Assembly: GCA_963733675.1 (NCBI GenBank)
Contig: CAVTET010000001.1
Location: 768,001-832,000, forward strand
Direction: 5' to 3'
DNA length: 64,000 bases
Source: an uncultured Methanosarcinaceae archaeon
GTDB lineage: Archaea; Halobacteriota; Methanosarcinia; Methanosarcinales; Methanosarcinaceae
Both the position numbers and the translations under genes were made by a program. The notes below the pieces were generated by a model. That model had not been told where the DNA came from. It did not search any database and saw nothing but the letters and a program-made list of their open reading frames with translations. The first letter of the stretch is position 1. Every line of letters starts with the position of its first letter. Shown piece after piece: positions 32,974 through 49,219 of this stretch.

Positions 32974-33501
32974 ATGGAAATACAAAAGGAAATCCAGATA
33001 ATTTGCGGAACTTTACGTATCCAGAATCTTCCCAGCTTTCTAAAAGCAGTAAATTCAATAGCTTCCGAAAATGAAGTTATTATCCAGGGATTGAATGCAG
33101 ATCTGTTCGCAGGCGAAAGACATTTAAATTTTGCTGTAGGAAAAGCTCTCAGGGCAATAAATGCAGGAAGAAATATCGCAAAAAATCCCGGAATCGAGAT
33201 TATGAGATACGCAGCTGGAGAAAGGCAAATTGATAGAAGTTTTTCTATCGGATTGTGTGAAGGAAAAAACAATGCCGTTTTCGTATTGCTTGGGGAAATG
33301 GACCATTTGATTTTGGCGTCCTCTGCCATTAGAAAAATGATTGAAGAAAAGCCCTGTTCTGAATTACTTGCATATTCAGATTCCAAAAAAAGAGGGATCC
33401 TTTCACTATTCGAAATAACAAATGCGGAAATTGAAGCATCAGGGGAAGAATCCATTCCTGAACTAGTGACCGAGAGGGTGGCATTAGCAGATTTCTTATA
33501 A
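32974..33501 (+). CDS. cgi121: KEOPS complex subunit Cgi121
   Basis: IQGLNAD...HL.FAV.KA..A...NIAK..GIEIMRYAAGERQI...L.TERVAL. Start at ATG 32974; the ORF-track extension lies in IS DNA. Confidence 0.92.
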   Translation: MEIQKEIQIICGTLRIQNLPSFLKAVNSIASENEVIIQGLNADLFAGERHLNFAVGKALRAINAGRNIAKNPGIEIMRYAAGERQIDRSFSIGLCEGKNNAVFVLLGEMDHLILASSAIRKMIEEKPCSELLAYSDSKKRGILSLFEITNAEIEASGEESIPELVTERVALADFL

Positions 33502-33779
33502 TGAAAAGAATGTCAAAATTATACCCATAATTGATCTTCAATTTTTTTTCTTTAAAAAATTTCATTATTTCACAGATGGCTTAGATGCTCAATAGAATTC
33601 CACCATTTATCAAGATTCTTAAAGAAAAGTAATGGCAACTATACAGCCTTAATAAACACTTTCAATAGCTATATCTACTGTGATTGATAATCAAATTTAT
33701 GTGAGCTGACAACAATAATTATCGGCTATTGATTATGTTTTTTATTTTTCCATCAGTTAGTGATCCGAAGGCTCTGTTT

Positions 33780-34400
33780 CATAACAAAAGAGGACGAGAC
33801 GAAATCTGGAAAAAAGGATTATAAGTCACGCTTTAGATATGAACTTCATTTTCTCGAGGTTTAGCCTTTTTGGCATTCCAGGATCTAAATGGATAAAAGT
33901 ATCTCCTTAATCACTCAACTTTTTATTTTTAAACAAAGGCAATCAAGTTGGCTTTGCAACTGGTCCCATTATTTCTTCTTCTATGCAGTTATCGAGAATT
34001 CTCTTTCTGAATGACTAGACTGCTGTACTATGTGATATATATTCAGGAAAACCAAGAAATTTCCTAAAAAAAATTCAATCAATACTTTGTTTCTCAAGTT
34101 CAAAGCCGTAAAACCATGCTATTGCTGTAGAACAAGCATTATTACACATAGTTATGACATCAGCTTCGGTTCTGCATTAGAAAAATGTTTTGTTAAAATA
34201 TATGGGCCATAAATTATACTAAAAAATTTCCAATTGATGAAGTAATTAATCTATTAATCAGCAGTTTTGTCTCTAATTGACTGAATAAATTTCCGTTATT
34301 TTTTAAAAGCAGATTCAGTAGAGTTTCATGAGTAAAAATTTTTGTTAAAATAAGTAAACTAGCCAATGCCCAAATACATCGAAATTTATCGAGATCCTCA
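33780..34400 (-). mobile_element. IS5-group remnant; 33854-34369 is a near-identical inverted copy of 36714-37229
   Basis: Direct comparison shows only two 1-bp homopolymer indels over 516 bp. Confidence 0.9.
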
Positions 34401-34536
34401 ACAGATATTGTATTTACTAATCTGAATTATGTTATGTTTCCTATCCCAAAATACCATGTTTGGACTTATGTTTTCGACAATTCTTTGTTTAAGGTTATTG
34501 GTTTCTTAGTTTGATTGTGTAAGTCATACGAAGTGT

Positions 34537-35799
34537 TCATTTATTTTTTACTGTGATATAATTAGACACTGGTTTATCATTGCTACCATCAACATTTTTT
34601 ACCTTTAAGCTAACCTTGTGCCTTCCGACTTTACTGTATTTATGTACGGAGTTCTGGCTTTTAGAAATATTTCCATCTTCAAATTCCCAAGACCATGAAT
34701 TAGGTGATTCAGTACTTTTATTATTAAATCTTGCTGTCAATGGCGCTTTTCCAAATATAGGAGATTCAGAGAATACAGCAATAGGAAGTACTGGTTTTGC
34801 TGAAAAATGACCTATAAATTGCCCGAGTGCTATAGGACTTTCACCTACATTCACCGTGGCAGTAACTTTGCTTGTTACTGCGTCAATTATGGAAACACTA
34901 TTGCTGCCGCCGCTTGTTTACAACATAAACTTTTGTTCCATCCTGGGTGATCGCAACTCCAATAGGTTGGAATCCTACATTCACCATAGCTGTAACGTTG
35001 TTAGTTGCAGTATCAATTACATAGACCTTATTAGCATACTCATTCGACAGATATACTTTTGTTCCATCTGGATTGACTGCAATTCCATTAGCTCCAGTTT
35101 CAACAATCACTGTGGAAGTAACTGTGTTTGTGGTTGTGTCAATTACAGAAACAGATTTGCTGCCCATGTTTGTTACATATACTTTTGTTCCTTTCGGGTT
35201 GACTGCTATTCCACTAGGATAATTTTCTACATTCACCGTGGCAGTAACTGTGTTTGTGGCTGTGTCGATTACAGAGACATTGTTACTAACCAAATTTGTC
35301 ACGTATGCTCTCGTTCCATCTGGACTAACTGCAATCGCTTGAGGATAACTTCCTACAGGCACCGTGGCTATCACAGTGTTAGTCATAGTGTTAATTACAG
35401 AGACAGTATTGCTGATAATGTTTGTTACATACACCTTCGTTCCAGCTGGGTTGATTGCAACTCCAAAAGGTTCGGATTCTACATCCATTGTTGATGTAAC
35501 CCTTTTCTTGGTAGTATCAATTATAGAAACGTTGTTGCTACCTGCGTTCGTCACATATACCTTTTTTCCATCTGGCGTGACTGCAACTCCACAAGGTATA
35601 TCACCAACATTCGCTATGGATGTAACTTTGTTTATAGCTATGTCAATTGCAGAGACAGTATTGCTGCCCGAGTTCGTAATATATGCATATGGCTCTACGC
35701 CTACGATACTCACCATGATTAAAAGAGCCAGAATAGTAATTCCTAAGGCTTTTAAGAGTGTGTGCCCTCTACTTGCTTTATTATTTGCTACTTGCTCAT
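34537..35799 (-). pseudogene. YVTN beta-propeller plus PKD-domain surface protein, frameshifted
   Basis: Seven YVTN/SVID repeats (34898..35716) and a PKD domain (SWSWEFEDG...HKY...G...VSLKV). There is a +1 frameshift at ~34915. The signal-peptide frame lacks an ATG, and the RBS-preceded ATG at 35799 is out of frame. Confidence 0.88.
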
Positions 35800-36134
35800 A
35801 TCCAGCCTCTAGATTTGGATTTAGATATTAATAATGAAGATCGTTACAAAAATACAAATGGATAATACTTCATTCTACAAAGTAAACGTTTCTACTTAAG
35901 AAATATATTTTTTGAGTTATCTAAATAGTTATTATATTGAATTTAATTATCAAACTTATAAAAATCTTAATAATATCCTCATGACAACAGCATTTTAACT
36001 TGCAAAACAGGCGTTCTGAAAAAAATTTAACTCTAAGGCGGGGAGCCCCCTTTCTCGGAGGGCATCAACACGACAGAGAAGGTGAGTTAACTTCACAAAT
36101 TAAAATTGTAATTCATTAAAGCAGGAGCTATAGC

Positions 36135-36224
36135 TGAATTAGATAATCTCCAAAATTTAATTATATGTTTATAATTTGTGTATATATATTACTCGTAAAA
36201 ATCAGAAATTTATCAAAATTTTCT
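36135..36224 (+). mobile_element. ~90-bp MITE copy
   Basis: TTTAATTATATGTTTATAATTTG...ACTCGTAAAAATCAGAAATTTATCAAAATTTTCT matches the MITE family. Confidence 0.65.
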
Positions 36225-36682
36225 TAAATTTATTATATAGATATATTATATTTAGCATAGTTTTGAGATATATATCATTACAAAAATTTATTTTTGTAAA
36301 ATCTTGGGATCTAAATATCCTGACATTTCCAATGAAGGTACACCCCATACATTGTTAGCATGTATACGTTCCTTCAAATACCAGTAATTGGATTTGCTGG
36401 AGTTCCTAATAAATAATCTCATTAGGTTATAACTTTCCCTCAATTGTTCACAGGAAAAAGTTTTATCCACACATCTATAATTCTATTTTTTTGTGCTTGA
36501 CTCACGAAATTCATATTGTGGAGTTATAAAGTAGAAATTATAGATCTTTTCCAGAAAACAATTTTGGGCTTTTTTAAAATGAGATCTTATGATTTATAAA
36601 CTCCCAAATAAAGCACCCTACAGCTTTCTGAGTTGGTGGAAACTCTCCAGAGAACCTTTATTAACCAACTGAGATGTATTTT

Positions 36683-37837
36683 AGATAATTTCGATAACCT
36701 CTATGTATTTTGAGCATTGGCTAGTTTACTTATTTTAACAAAAATTTTTACTCATGAAAACTCTACTGAATCTGCTTTTAAAAAATAACGGAAATTTATT
36801 CAGTCAATTAGAGACAAAACTGCTGATTAATAGATTAATTACTTCATCAATTGGAAATTTTTTAGTATAATTTATGGCCCATATATTTTAACAAAACATT
36901 TTTCTAATGCAGAACCGAAGCTGATGTCATAACTATGTGTAATAATGCTTGTTCTACAGCAATAGCATGGTTTTACGGCTTTGAACTTGAGAAACAAAGT
37001 ATTGATTGAATTTTTTTAGGAAATTTCTTGGTTTTCCTGAATATATATCACATAGTACAGCAGTCTAGTCATTCAGAAAGAGAATTCTCGATAACTGCAT
37101 AGAAGAAGAAATAATGGGACCAGTTGCAAAGCCAACTTGATTGCCTTTGTTTAAAAATAAAAAGTTGAGTGATTAAGGAGATACTTTTATCCATTTAGAT
37201 CCTGGAATGCCAAAAAGGCTAAACCTCGAAAAAATAAAGAAAAAACAAGGAGACTCAGAGATGGAACATGGACAAAAAAGGGTAGTAAGTCACACTTTGG
37301 ATATAAAGTTCATAGAATAATAGCTAAAAATTATGAGCTGATCCGAAGGTTCAAAACAACGATAGCATCACTTCATGATTCGTATGTAAATTTCTCAGAA
37401 AAAAATTAAGTTGTTTATAGATACAGAGAATACTTTTGAACAAAATCAAAAGATTATAATTCAACAATGAAACGAGCAGTAAAAGAACTTCTTCTGGAAA
37501 TAAGAGATATATTAAGAAACAAGAGAATCAGCTCAAAAAAAGTCACATGTGAACGAGTTTATGCAGTGACTAAAAAGATATTCAAAGCAGGACAAGTTCT
37601 TGTAACTATTATCCAATGAGTGAATCTAAGGATGTTATGTACGCTTTTTGTTATAATTTTTATCAATTGAGGACATTAAGAATAAAAGGAGTGTTTTAAG
37701 GATACTGGAAGCTATCTTCAAAATCAAAGAATAATTAATAGGAAAAGAAAAAATCTGATCAAATACAGAAATTCGCGGGAAAGATTTAAACATGATTCTC
37801 ACGAAGAAAAAAACTTAGAGGTAAATCGGAATCCTCT
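36683..37837 (+). mobile_element. Full-length but decayed IS5-group element (~1.15 kb), inserted next to an IS200 left end
   Basis: TIRs ATTTCGATAACCTCT / AGAGGTAAATCGGAATCCTCT. Frameshifted transposase motifs QLQSQLD, DGTWTKK, YELIRRFKTT.ASLHDS and CERVYAVTK. Confidence 0.88.
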
Positions 37838-37999
37838 ATATTTATACGTGATAAATTTCGCATGTATATATCTACACGAAGCGAATTTGTGAGCATCAGG
37901 CTCTCTATCTATATTAAAACATCAAAACCTTATGAATTTTAAATTGAACAAATGTTATCTTATGTTCTGGGCCGAAGTGCTTGAAAAAACACCTATTGG

Positions 38000-38014
38000 G
38001 AAAGTTATATATAC
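38000..38014 (+). promoter_or_regulatory. BRE/TATA promoter of the rRNA operon
   Basis: GAAAGTTATATATAC lies ~250 bp upstream of the 16S gene and is followed by a leader hairpin. Confidence 0.65.
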
Positions 38015-38256
38015 TGGGAGCATATTCTATGATTCCCCAACACATAGTAATTGTGTGGGGTGAAGTACAAATCTCTTTCATCTTTTAATGGAGTCAGGAG
38101 TTTTTTCCTGTCTGACGAGGATTTTGTCGGTTCGGTTAATTCTGGTTGGTAGTTGTTTTACAAAAACATCTATCGCAAAACTGAAAATAACTGAATTGAT
38201 AGTTGTTAGTGCAAGTTTCTGCGACCAAAAACTTTAAGTGTGTGATATTATTGACA

Positions 38257-39734
<1,478 letters not shown>

Positions 39735-39836
39735 AAGCAATAAACACGCCAACCAGATGCCGATAAATCGACAAAACCTCAAAAAAGAAGTATAATATGA
39801 GAAGTCTGTCATAAAGTACTTTTCTCTATTTACTTA

Positions 39837-39909
39837 GGGCTTGTAGATCAGTTGGAAGATCGCTGCCTTTGCAAGGCAGAGGCCCTGGGTTCGAATCCCA
39901 GCAAGTCCA
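39837..39909 (+). tRNA. tRNA-Ala (TGC) in the ITS
   Basis: GGGCTTGTAGATCAGTTGGAAGATCGCTGCCTTTGCAAGGCAGAGGCCCTGGGTTCGAATCCCAGCAAGTCCA. Confidence 0.98.
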
Positions 39910-40035
39910 TTTTTATGCACCTGATAATTTAATTATCAGGGAAGGACTGATTACCTGCTTGGCAGGTAAATGAAGTCATGTATAAGATACTGTATACTGG
40001 ACGCTTACTGGACCTGGTTAGGTGTAACAGGAATT

Positions 40036-42925
<2,890 letters not shown>

Positions 42926-43005
42926 CCATACCAGGTCTAGGCGAAATTCAGTATGCAGTATTTCTATACATGACTCATTTTGTCTTTATAAAAAATCCTA
43001 TTGTA

Positions 43006-43134
43006 GGAGTATGGCGGCCATAGCGGCAGGGTAACTCCTGTACCCATCCCGAACACAGAAGATAAGCCTGTCCACGTTCCTTATTGTACTGAAGTGCGCG
43101 AGCCTTCGGGAACTCTGGATAGTTGCCATATTCA
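43006..43134 (+). rRNA. rrf: 5S rRNA
   Basis: GGCGGCCATAGCGGC...CCCATCCCGAACACAGAAGATAAGCC, with terminal stem GAGTATGGC/GCCATATTC. Confidence 0.96.
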
Positions 43135-43754
43135 CTCTTTACTATAAAAATTTAAAATGTATTTATGATATGATTATTGGTATTGAAATTTTATAGTGGA
43201 AAATAGATCATTTTGTACTTATGGAAGTAAATATGTGAGTCTTACACTAATTAATCAGTTATTAATCAGTTATTTCTTAATTGCATTTAAGATCATACTT
43301 TACTGTTCTTACTAATTTTTTCTCGTTATAAATTTTATTTGTATTAGATGATGGGATATTTTATTTGTAAATATATATTCTTTAGAAATTTATATATTTA
43401 AGCTTTAAGGTATTTGGGTGTTTTTTGTCTTGCTCGATTACCTAGCAGCTTGCTTGGATATGGTAATTTTTCGGAGAGTTTTTATTAATTAGCCGATTTA
43501 GATTTTAATTCAACCTTATCAATATTATAAATTTATAAAGTATTTTGTCCTAAAAAACGTGTTTTCCGACAAAATATTTCGGACAAAATATAACAAATCT
43601 TATAAAAAGATCATGAAATATAATTTTTTTATCTTATGAGGAACTTGGGAGCATGAAGCTCTTTATGTCTACTAAAATTCTTTTTGGTCAAAGATGTGTT
43701 ACTAAGCTGTTAGTGTCATAAAATGGGATTACTGCTTCTAAATCATTTTTTCTG

Positions 43755-44790
43755 GTTCATTATTCCTTGATTTTAAAGATAGCTTCATCTATCGTTAGAA
43801 TACTCCATTTATTTCCAATGTCCCCAAATGATAGGGATTATACCAAAAAGCTGTCCAAAATATCTTCAAATTTACTATTTGAACATTCGGGACATGAACT
43901 TTTCCTGCTTTGAGTAACTTTTTAGTTACTGCTAAACTCGTTTCCTTGGAGCTTTTTGAAATGATTCTTTTGTTTCTCAATTTATCACTCATTACCAGAT
44001 GATGTTTTCTATTGATCTTTTCATTGTTTTATCAAGACTTTTCGATTTGCCCCAAAGTATCTTCTGCCCTCTAAACAACTTCATTTTTTTAAGATAAATC
44101 TATATCTGAATCATGAAGTGATGTAGTTGTTTTTTTAAATCTTCCGTCAGTTAATAATCTCTGTACACTTAGCTGTGAATTTATATCCAAAGTATAACTT
44201 ATTACTATTTTTTCTTCAGATTCCATCTCTGTTTCTCATTGTTTTTGCTTCGTTTTCTCGATATTTATCCTATTTTGCATGGCAGGATATTAATGTATAA
44301 TGTAGCTCTCAGAATCTTTTTTTATATTCAAACCAAGGCAATTAATTGCCTTTGAACTGTCATCAGATTTCTTATTCTTTGAAGTTATCAACAATTTCTT
44401 TCTACTGATCAAACTGTGCTAATGTCTGGTATGTACTCAGCAAAAACAAAAAATTTCCTGAAATAAATTCGATCAATACTTTGTTTCTCAAGTACAAAGT
44501 AAGAAAGACCATTCCATTGCTGTAATCAAGAATTTTCGAAATAATGATTACTTCAGCTTTAGGTCTTTCTCTGGGAACGGTTTTGTTAAAATCTGTTAAT
44601 TCAAAAATGATACGAGAATATTGCTAATCAATTAAGGAATAAGTTTCAGCCTTTATGTCTCCTACTAACTGAAGATGTTTGTATTAACTCTTTGAAAGCA
44701 AAATCAGCAAACGTTTTCGCATGGAAAATTATTGTTAAGTATTTTAACTCTCCAATACTTAAACGCAAAGATATTTTTGAAATTTTCCTT
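43755..44790 (-). mobile_element. Decayed IS5-group element
   Basis: Collinear homology to 36683-37837, with many stops. Confidence 0.8.
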
Positions 44791-44988
44791 AGTAGTAAAT
44801 AGAGGTATGCTACTCTAAATCCATTTTTTTCTATTTTTTTGAAGTATTAATTTTTCATTGATTGACATTATTCGAATTAGCATTGTCGAGATCTTCGTAA
44901 AATATTTCAAGATTTTTTTGTAAAATTATAATTTAGTTAATTTATTCTCAGCTATAGTGGCTTTATTTATGTTTTTATTTTCTAAGTC

Positions 44989-45510
44989 TCATTCGATTTT
45001 TTTAAGCGCGAGTTCGATGGCATCTAGAAGGCTGTCTTTCGGGATGATGGTTGTAACAGGGATGTTAATAATTTTTTCTACAGTTGGGCTTACTATTGGA
45101 GCACATACCAGGGCCTTTGCTCCATCTCTTTCAGCGTTAACAGCTGCTATTATTGCTTCTTCCATTGAGGTTGCTGAATATTCCCTTATTGTGACCAGCC
45201 TGCCAGCTATTTTTTTCTTAGTTTCTACGATATTATCAAGCACTGAGCGAGCTGCAATTACTGCTATAAAATCCCCACTGTCCGATTCTGTGATATCGCG
45301 GATTGTTTTCACTATCTGACGGAGGGTTTTGATATTTGGATCTCGATTACCTGATAATATTTTATAGAGTGTACTCGGGGGGATATTTGCTTTTTTGGCA
45401 AAATCTACGGCAGTTAGGTTAAGGTCCTCCTTAATTACAATCGAAAATGTTTTTTGAAATACATCATCGGATTCGAAAGCTGATTTGATAACTTTATCTG
45501 CAGCATTCAT
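44989..45510 (-). CDS. HTH (XRE-like) transcriptional regulator, COG4800 type
   Basis: FAKKANIPPSTLYKILSGNRDPN HTH and C-terminal FIAVIAAR...GAKALVCAPIVS. ATG at 45510 after GAGG. Confidence 0.88.
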   Translation of the reverse strand: MNAADKVIKSAFESDDVFQKTFSIVIKEDLNLTAVDFAKKANIPPSTLYKILSGNRDPNIKTLRQIVKTIRDITESDSGDFIAVIAARSVLDNIVETKKKIAGRLVTIREYSATSMEEAIIAAVNAERDGAKALVCAPIVSPTVEKIINIPVTTIIPKDSLLDAIELALKKIE

Positions 45511-45989
45511 GATATTCAACCTCTGAAATCCTGTAAAGACTTTCAATAGGTATAAATATTTTGCACCTAAAGAGATTTTGGACCAGATGAAAATATATCC
45601 AGATATATTAATAAATTTGGTATATAGTGATATTTTCCGAATTTTTTCAAGTGCAAAATTGTTCATATATGGGATATGAATAAAATTATATATACTTTAA
45701 TTATTCAGCTTGGGGAAAACAATGCCAATAACTACATTTACTAAAATTAAATTCTTTAATTTCGGTGTGTTTATCTTTAGATTTGTCAATTATTGATCAT
45801 TTTTTACCATCAATCAGTAATAAGAAGTACATGTTGCGTCAAAAAATAGCTACCAATTGATTTTATGTAGTGTGAATAGTTACCTATCGAGAACTAATAT
45901 TGAACAAATAAGCAAGCAAATTTTACATATCTATTAACTTATAGAATGTCAAATATGGTGGACTAGTTTTGAGGCTTAGATTTTATTCC

Positions 45990-46575
45990 GGTCGAATATC
46001 ATTAGCTTGCTGAGGTGGTGTAAACTCTCCAAAAAACAGTTATTTAACTAACTTACATATATTTCAAATTACCTTGAACTATAATATATAACTATGTCAT
46101 TCAAAGCTTCGTATTCATAAATATCAGATATCACATGTTTTTTGTATGAAGTATCAAAAATTTATCTTAGAAAATGACTTTATTAACTCTTTAAAATATC
46201 TATGCTCTGAAATTGGTAAAAGATCTTCTTTTGAGTTGATACGATCTGTAATGATAGTTTTCAGGTACATTTTTTTGTTGTCGGACCTAAATCTTCATCT
46301 TTAAGAGTAATGCTAAATTTTAAAAGTATCATGATAAATAAATTTTAACTAATTCGCGAAGTTTGGAAAAAAGTTTTAGTGTGGAAACTATAGTGTAATT
46401 GAGATTGCATTGGAGCCGTGGATATGGGAGCGCTTCAGTGTAATTTAAAACTATGTCAAATATTAGGGAAACAAGTCACTAAATGAATATAAGCAAGTTA
46501 GAGTTTTAATCATGAATGTATTCCTTTAATATCCTGTGCTTTGCTGCGGGCATATCCCGTTGCTTCACCCTTGTT
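45990..46575 (+). mobile_element. IS200 (tnpA) remnant
   Basis: Left-end motif GTCGAATATCATTAGCTTGCTGAGGTGG (similar at ~20795 and ~36620) and decayed IRYHM.FC.KY...EIG...H motifs. Confidence 0.7.
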
Positions 46576-46786
46576 GAGCCACCAAAAGTTTGATTCTCAC
46601 TTAATTTTTTGATAAATAAGTACATGGATTAGTAGAAAGATTCTTCGAACAAGTGACAAAGGGTGGAAGTAAGAGCAAATGTATTTTTTTGAAAAAATCC
46701 TTATTCAGAGGGTATTGTTTAGATAGTTTCGGAAGATATTGTTAGGCTAGGAGAGGTTACACGTTATGAATATTATCATTATTTAT

Positions 46787-46877
46787 AGAGGATTTCGATA
46801 ACCCCTTCATTTCAGCGAATTGTTTATATAGGCTCTATAAGCAACCAGCCAAAAATTGTGGTCTATCAAAATTCTCT
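46787..46877 (-). mobile_element. ~90-bp MITE copy
   Basis: AGAGGATTTCGATAACCCC...CTATCAAAATTCTCT ends. Confidence 0.7.
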
Positions 46878-46879
46878 TA

Positions 46880-47520
46880 ATTCTTTTTCTAAGGCACTAA
46901 TAGAAGTTTACAGGTACTAAGTATAAAGGTAATCAAGTTTTAATTGACTTAAAATCGTTGCCTATTATCCAGGACTAATTCAAGATACCCTGTTGAGAAA
47001 ATAGCTCAAGGAAAACTGACTCCTCTGAGATGAATATGCCACTCTTTGGAATGGCTGCAGCATGAGATAACACAGCGCTATTTCATCCAACAATGTAGAG
47101 ACATTCTTCCTACAGCCTTCCTTTTCCGAAAAAGTATGGTAAAGGAAGGTGATGACGCATCATCGTACAATCTAGGCATATGGGGGTAGAGCACATATGA
47201 TGTGGCCTTTCGATGAGCGGAAAACTTGTGGGAGATCATCTGGATATTGTGGAGCAGATTGTAAAGATGTATATTAATGCAATTTAATGTACCAAAGTGC
47301 ACGTGTCTGAGGTGGTCAGGTTTTTTTAAAGAAAACTTCAAATAATCTTAAAACTGTGAGGATGTCTCTTAAAGAATGGTATATAAATGGATTACAGATC
47401 AGTCACGAATTGAAAATTCAATTGCATGTTCCTGAAATGTTCTTTATGAACTTAATTAAAATCAGAAACCTCTGACAAAAGAATATATCTTTGATACGAG
47501 TTTCTATTAGAAAGCTATCA
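46880..47520 (+). pseudogene. NitT/TauT ABC substrate-binding protein pseudogene
   Basis: Fragments LKIVAYYPGLIQDTLLRK*, IIVQSRHM.VEHI*CGLSMSGKLVGDHLDIVEQIVK and WITD...QKPLTKEYIFDTSFY match SsuA/TauA-like binding proteins. Multiple stops and frameshifts. Confidence 0.75.
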
Positions 47521-47664
47521 TCATGAAACGATACAGAAAATTTAATAAATGAAGATAAAATATGGTGATCAAATGCTACTGATTTTCTAAGGAGTGATTT
47601 GAATTTTTTTATAAAAATGAAGTCTGCCGGAAAGATAAAAAAGTAAGACTTCTTTTGATTAGAC

Positions 47665-48453
47665 ATGAAAAGTAGTTTCATCAAAATAATAAAAGAAAAC
47701 GGTATTGAAGCATTGTCTCTTATAATTGTAGTCCTGATTTGGCAGCTTGTAGCTGATAGGATTATACAGAATAATTTTCTTCTTCCGAGTTTTTATGATG
47801 TAATAACTTCTTTCTTTGCCCTTGTCAAAAACGGGCTAGTTTTTATGGATATATTCATAAGTTTACTTCACTTTTCATTAGGGATTATTGCAGCACTTAT
47901 AATCGGAATTCCCTTAGGAATATCAATGGGATGGTTCAAAAAAGTAAACAGAGTAGTGGACCCTGTAATCGAAATATTGCGGCCGATTCCCCCGCTTGCC
48001 TGGATTCCATTTGCAATTGTATGGTTTGGACTTACACATCAGGCTGCAGGTTTTGTTGTGTTTGTAGGAATGGTATTTCCAATTGTTATCAATACTTACA
48101 CAGGTTTCAAAAACGTACCGAAAGTTAATGTTGAGGCAGCAAAGGTTCTTGGATGCACCCAAAATGTAAAACTCATACGCTTTATTGCTATCCCTTCAGC
48201 TATGCCTTCAATCGCTGCGGGTATCAGAATTGCTATGGGAGTAGGCTGGATGTGCCTTGTTGCTGCAGAAATGTTCGGAGCCAGCGACAGGGGACTTGGG
48301 TATCAGCTCTGGTTTAATTATTACCTTCATAGGATGAATTTTGTGGTAGTGTATATGCTCCTCCTGGGATTCATGGGGCTTTTTATCGATCACTTTTTCA
48401 GATATTACGTGGATGCAAAATTACTAAAATGGACGGCAGGAACTGTGGTGTAA
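47665..48453 (+). CDS. NitT/TauT (SsuC-like) ABC transporter permease
   Basis: LRPIPPLAWIP, an EAA loop (VEAAKVLG) and WMCLVAAEM. Confidence 0.93.
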   Translation: MKSSFIKIIKENGIEALSLIIVVLIWQLVADRIIQNNFLLPSFYDVITSFFALVKNGLVFMDIFISLLHFSLGIIAALIIGIPLGISMGWFKKVNRVVDPVIEILRPIPPLAWIPFAIVWFGLTHQAAGFVVFVGMVFPIVINTYTGFKNVPKVNVEAAKVLGCTQNVKLIRFIAIPSAMPSIAAGIRIAMGVGWMCLVAAEMFGASDRGLGYQLWFNYYLHRMNFVVVYMLLLGFMGLFIDHFFRYYVDAKLLKWTAGTVV

Positions 48454-48454
48454 A

Positions 48455-49219
48455 ATGGGTCGAGTAAGCGTAATAAACGTTTCACGAACATTTTCAAAAA
48501 AAGAAAATAATTCTGAGACAGAGGCTTTAAAAAATGTTGGCTTTGATGTAGAGGATGGGGAGTTTGTTTGCCTTCTGGGGCCTTCCGGCTGTGGCAAGAC
48601 AACGTTGCTTAGAATCATTGCGGGACTTGAAACTCTTACCTCAGGAGAAATTACTCTAAATGGGATTCCTATAACAGGCCCAGATCCTAAAAGAGGCCTG
48701 GTTTTCCAGCAATATTCCCTCTTTCCCTGGAGAACCGTTATGGATAATATCACCTTTGGACTCGAAATGCAAGGGATTAAAAAGATTGAAGCTAGGAGAC
48801 AGGTGGAGAAGTATATAGAGCTTGTGGGCTTGGAGCAATTCAAAAATAGCTATCCATATGAACTATCTGGAGGAATGCAGCAGCGAGCAGCCATTGCAAG
48901 AGCTCTTGCGAATGAGCCGGAAGTACTCCTGATGGACGAGCCTTTTGGGGCCCTCGATGCTCAAACTAGAAATATCCTCCAGGATGAGCTCCTTAAGATA
49001 TGGGAGCAAAAACATGTGACCTTCCTTTTTGTGACCCATAGCGTTGATGAGGCTGTTTTTCTTTCAGACAGGGTGGTAGCTATGACATCAAGGCCAGGAA
49101 GGGTAAAGGAGATTGTAGATATAGATCTCCCCAGGCCACGACGTCGGACAGGTCCCGAAGCCAATAGTTTAAGGGATTATATTCTAAAACTTCTAGAAGA
49201 AGAGAGGCTAGAAAGGTGA
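48455..49219 (+). CDS. NitT/TauT (SsuB-like) ABC transporter ATPase
   Basis: GPSGCGKT, LSGGMQQR, LLMDEPFGALD and VTHSVDEA. Confidence 0.95.
   Translation: MGRVSVINVSRTFSKKENNSETEALKNVGFDVEDGEFVCLLGPSGCGKTTLLRIIAGLETLTSGEITLNGIPITGPDPKRGLVFQQYSLFPWRTVMDNITFGLEMQGIKKIEARRQVEKYIELVGLEQFKNSYPYELSGGMQQRAAIARALANEPEVLLMDEPFGALDAQTRNILQDELLKIWEQKHVTFLFVTHSVDEAVFLSDRVVAMTSRPGRVKEIVDIDLPRPRRRTGPEANSLRDYILKLLEEERLER

Noticed and set aside
38031-38062. GATTCCCCAACAC...GTGTGGGGTGAA as a second CRISPR-like repeat
   Set aside because: Wrong spacing, lacks the ACCG end, and lies just after the rRNA promoter as a leader hairpin.
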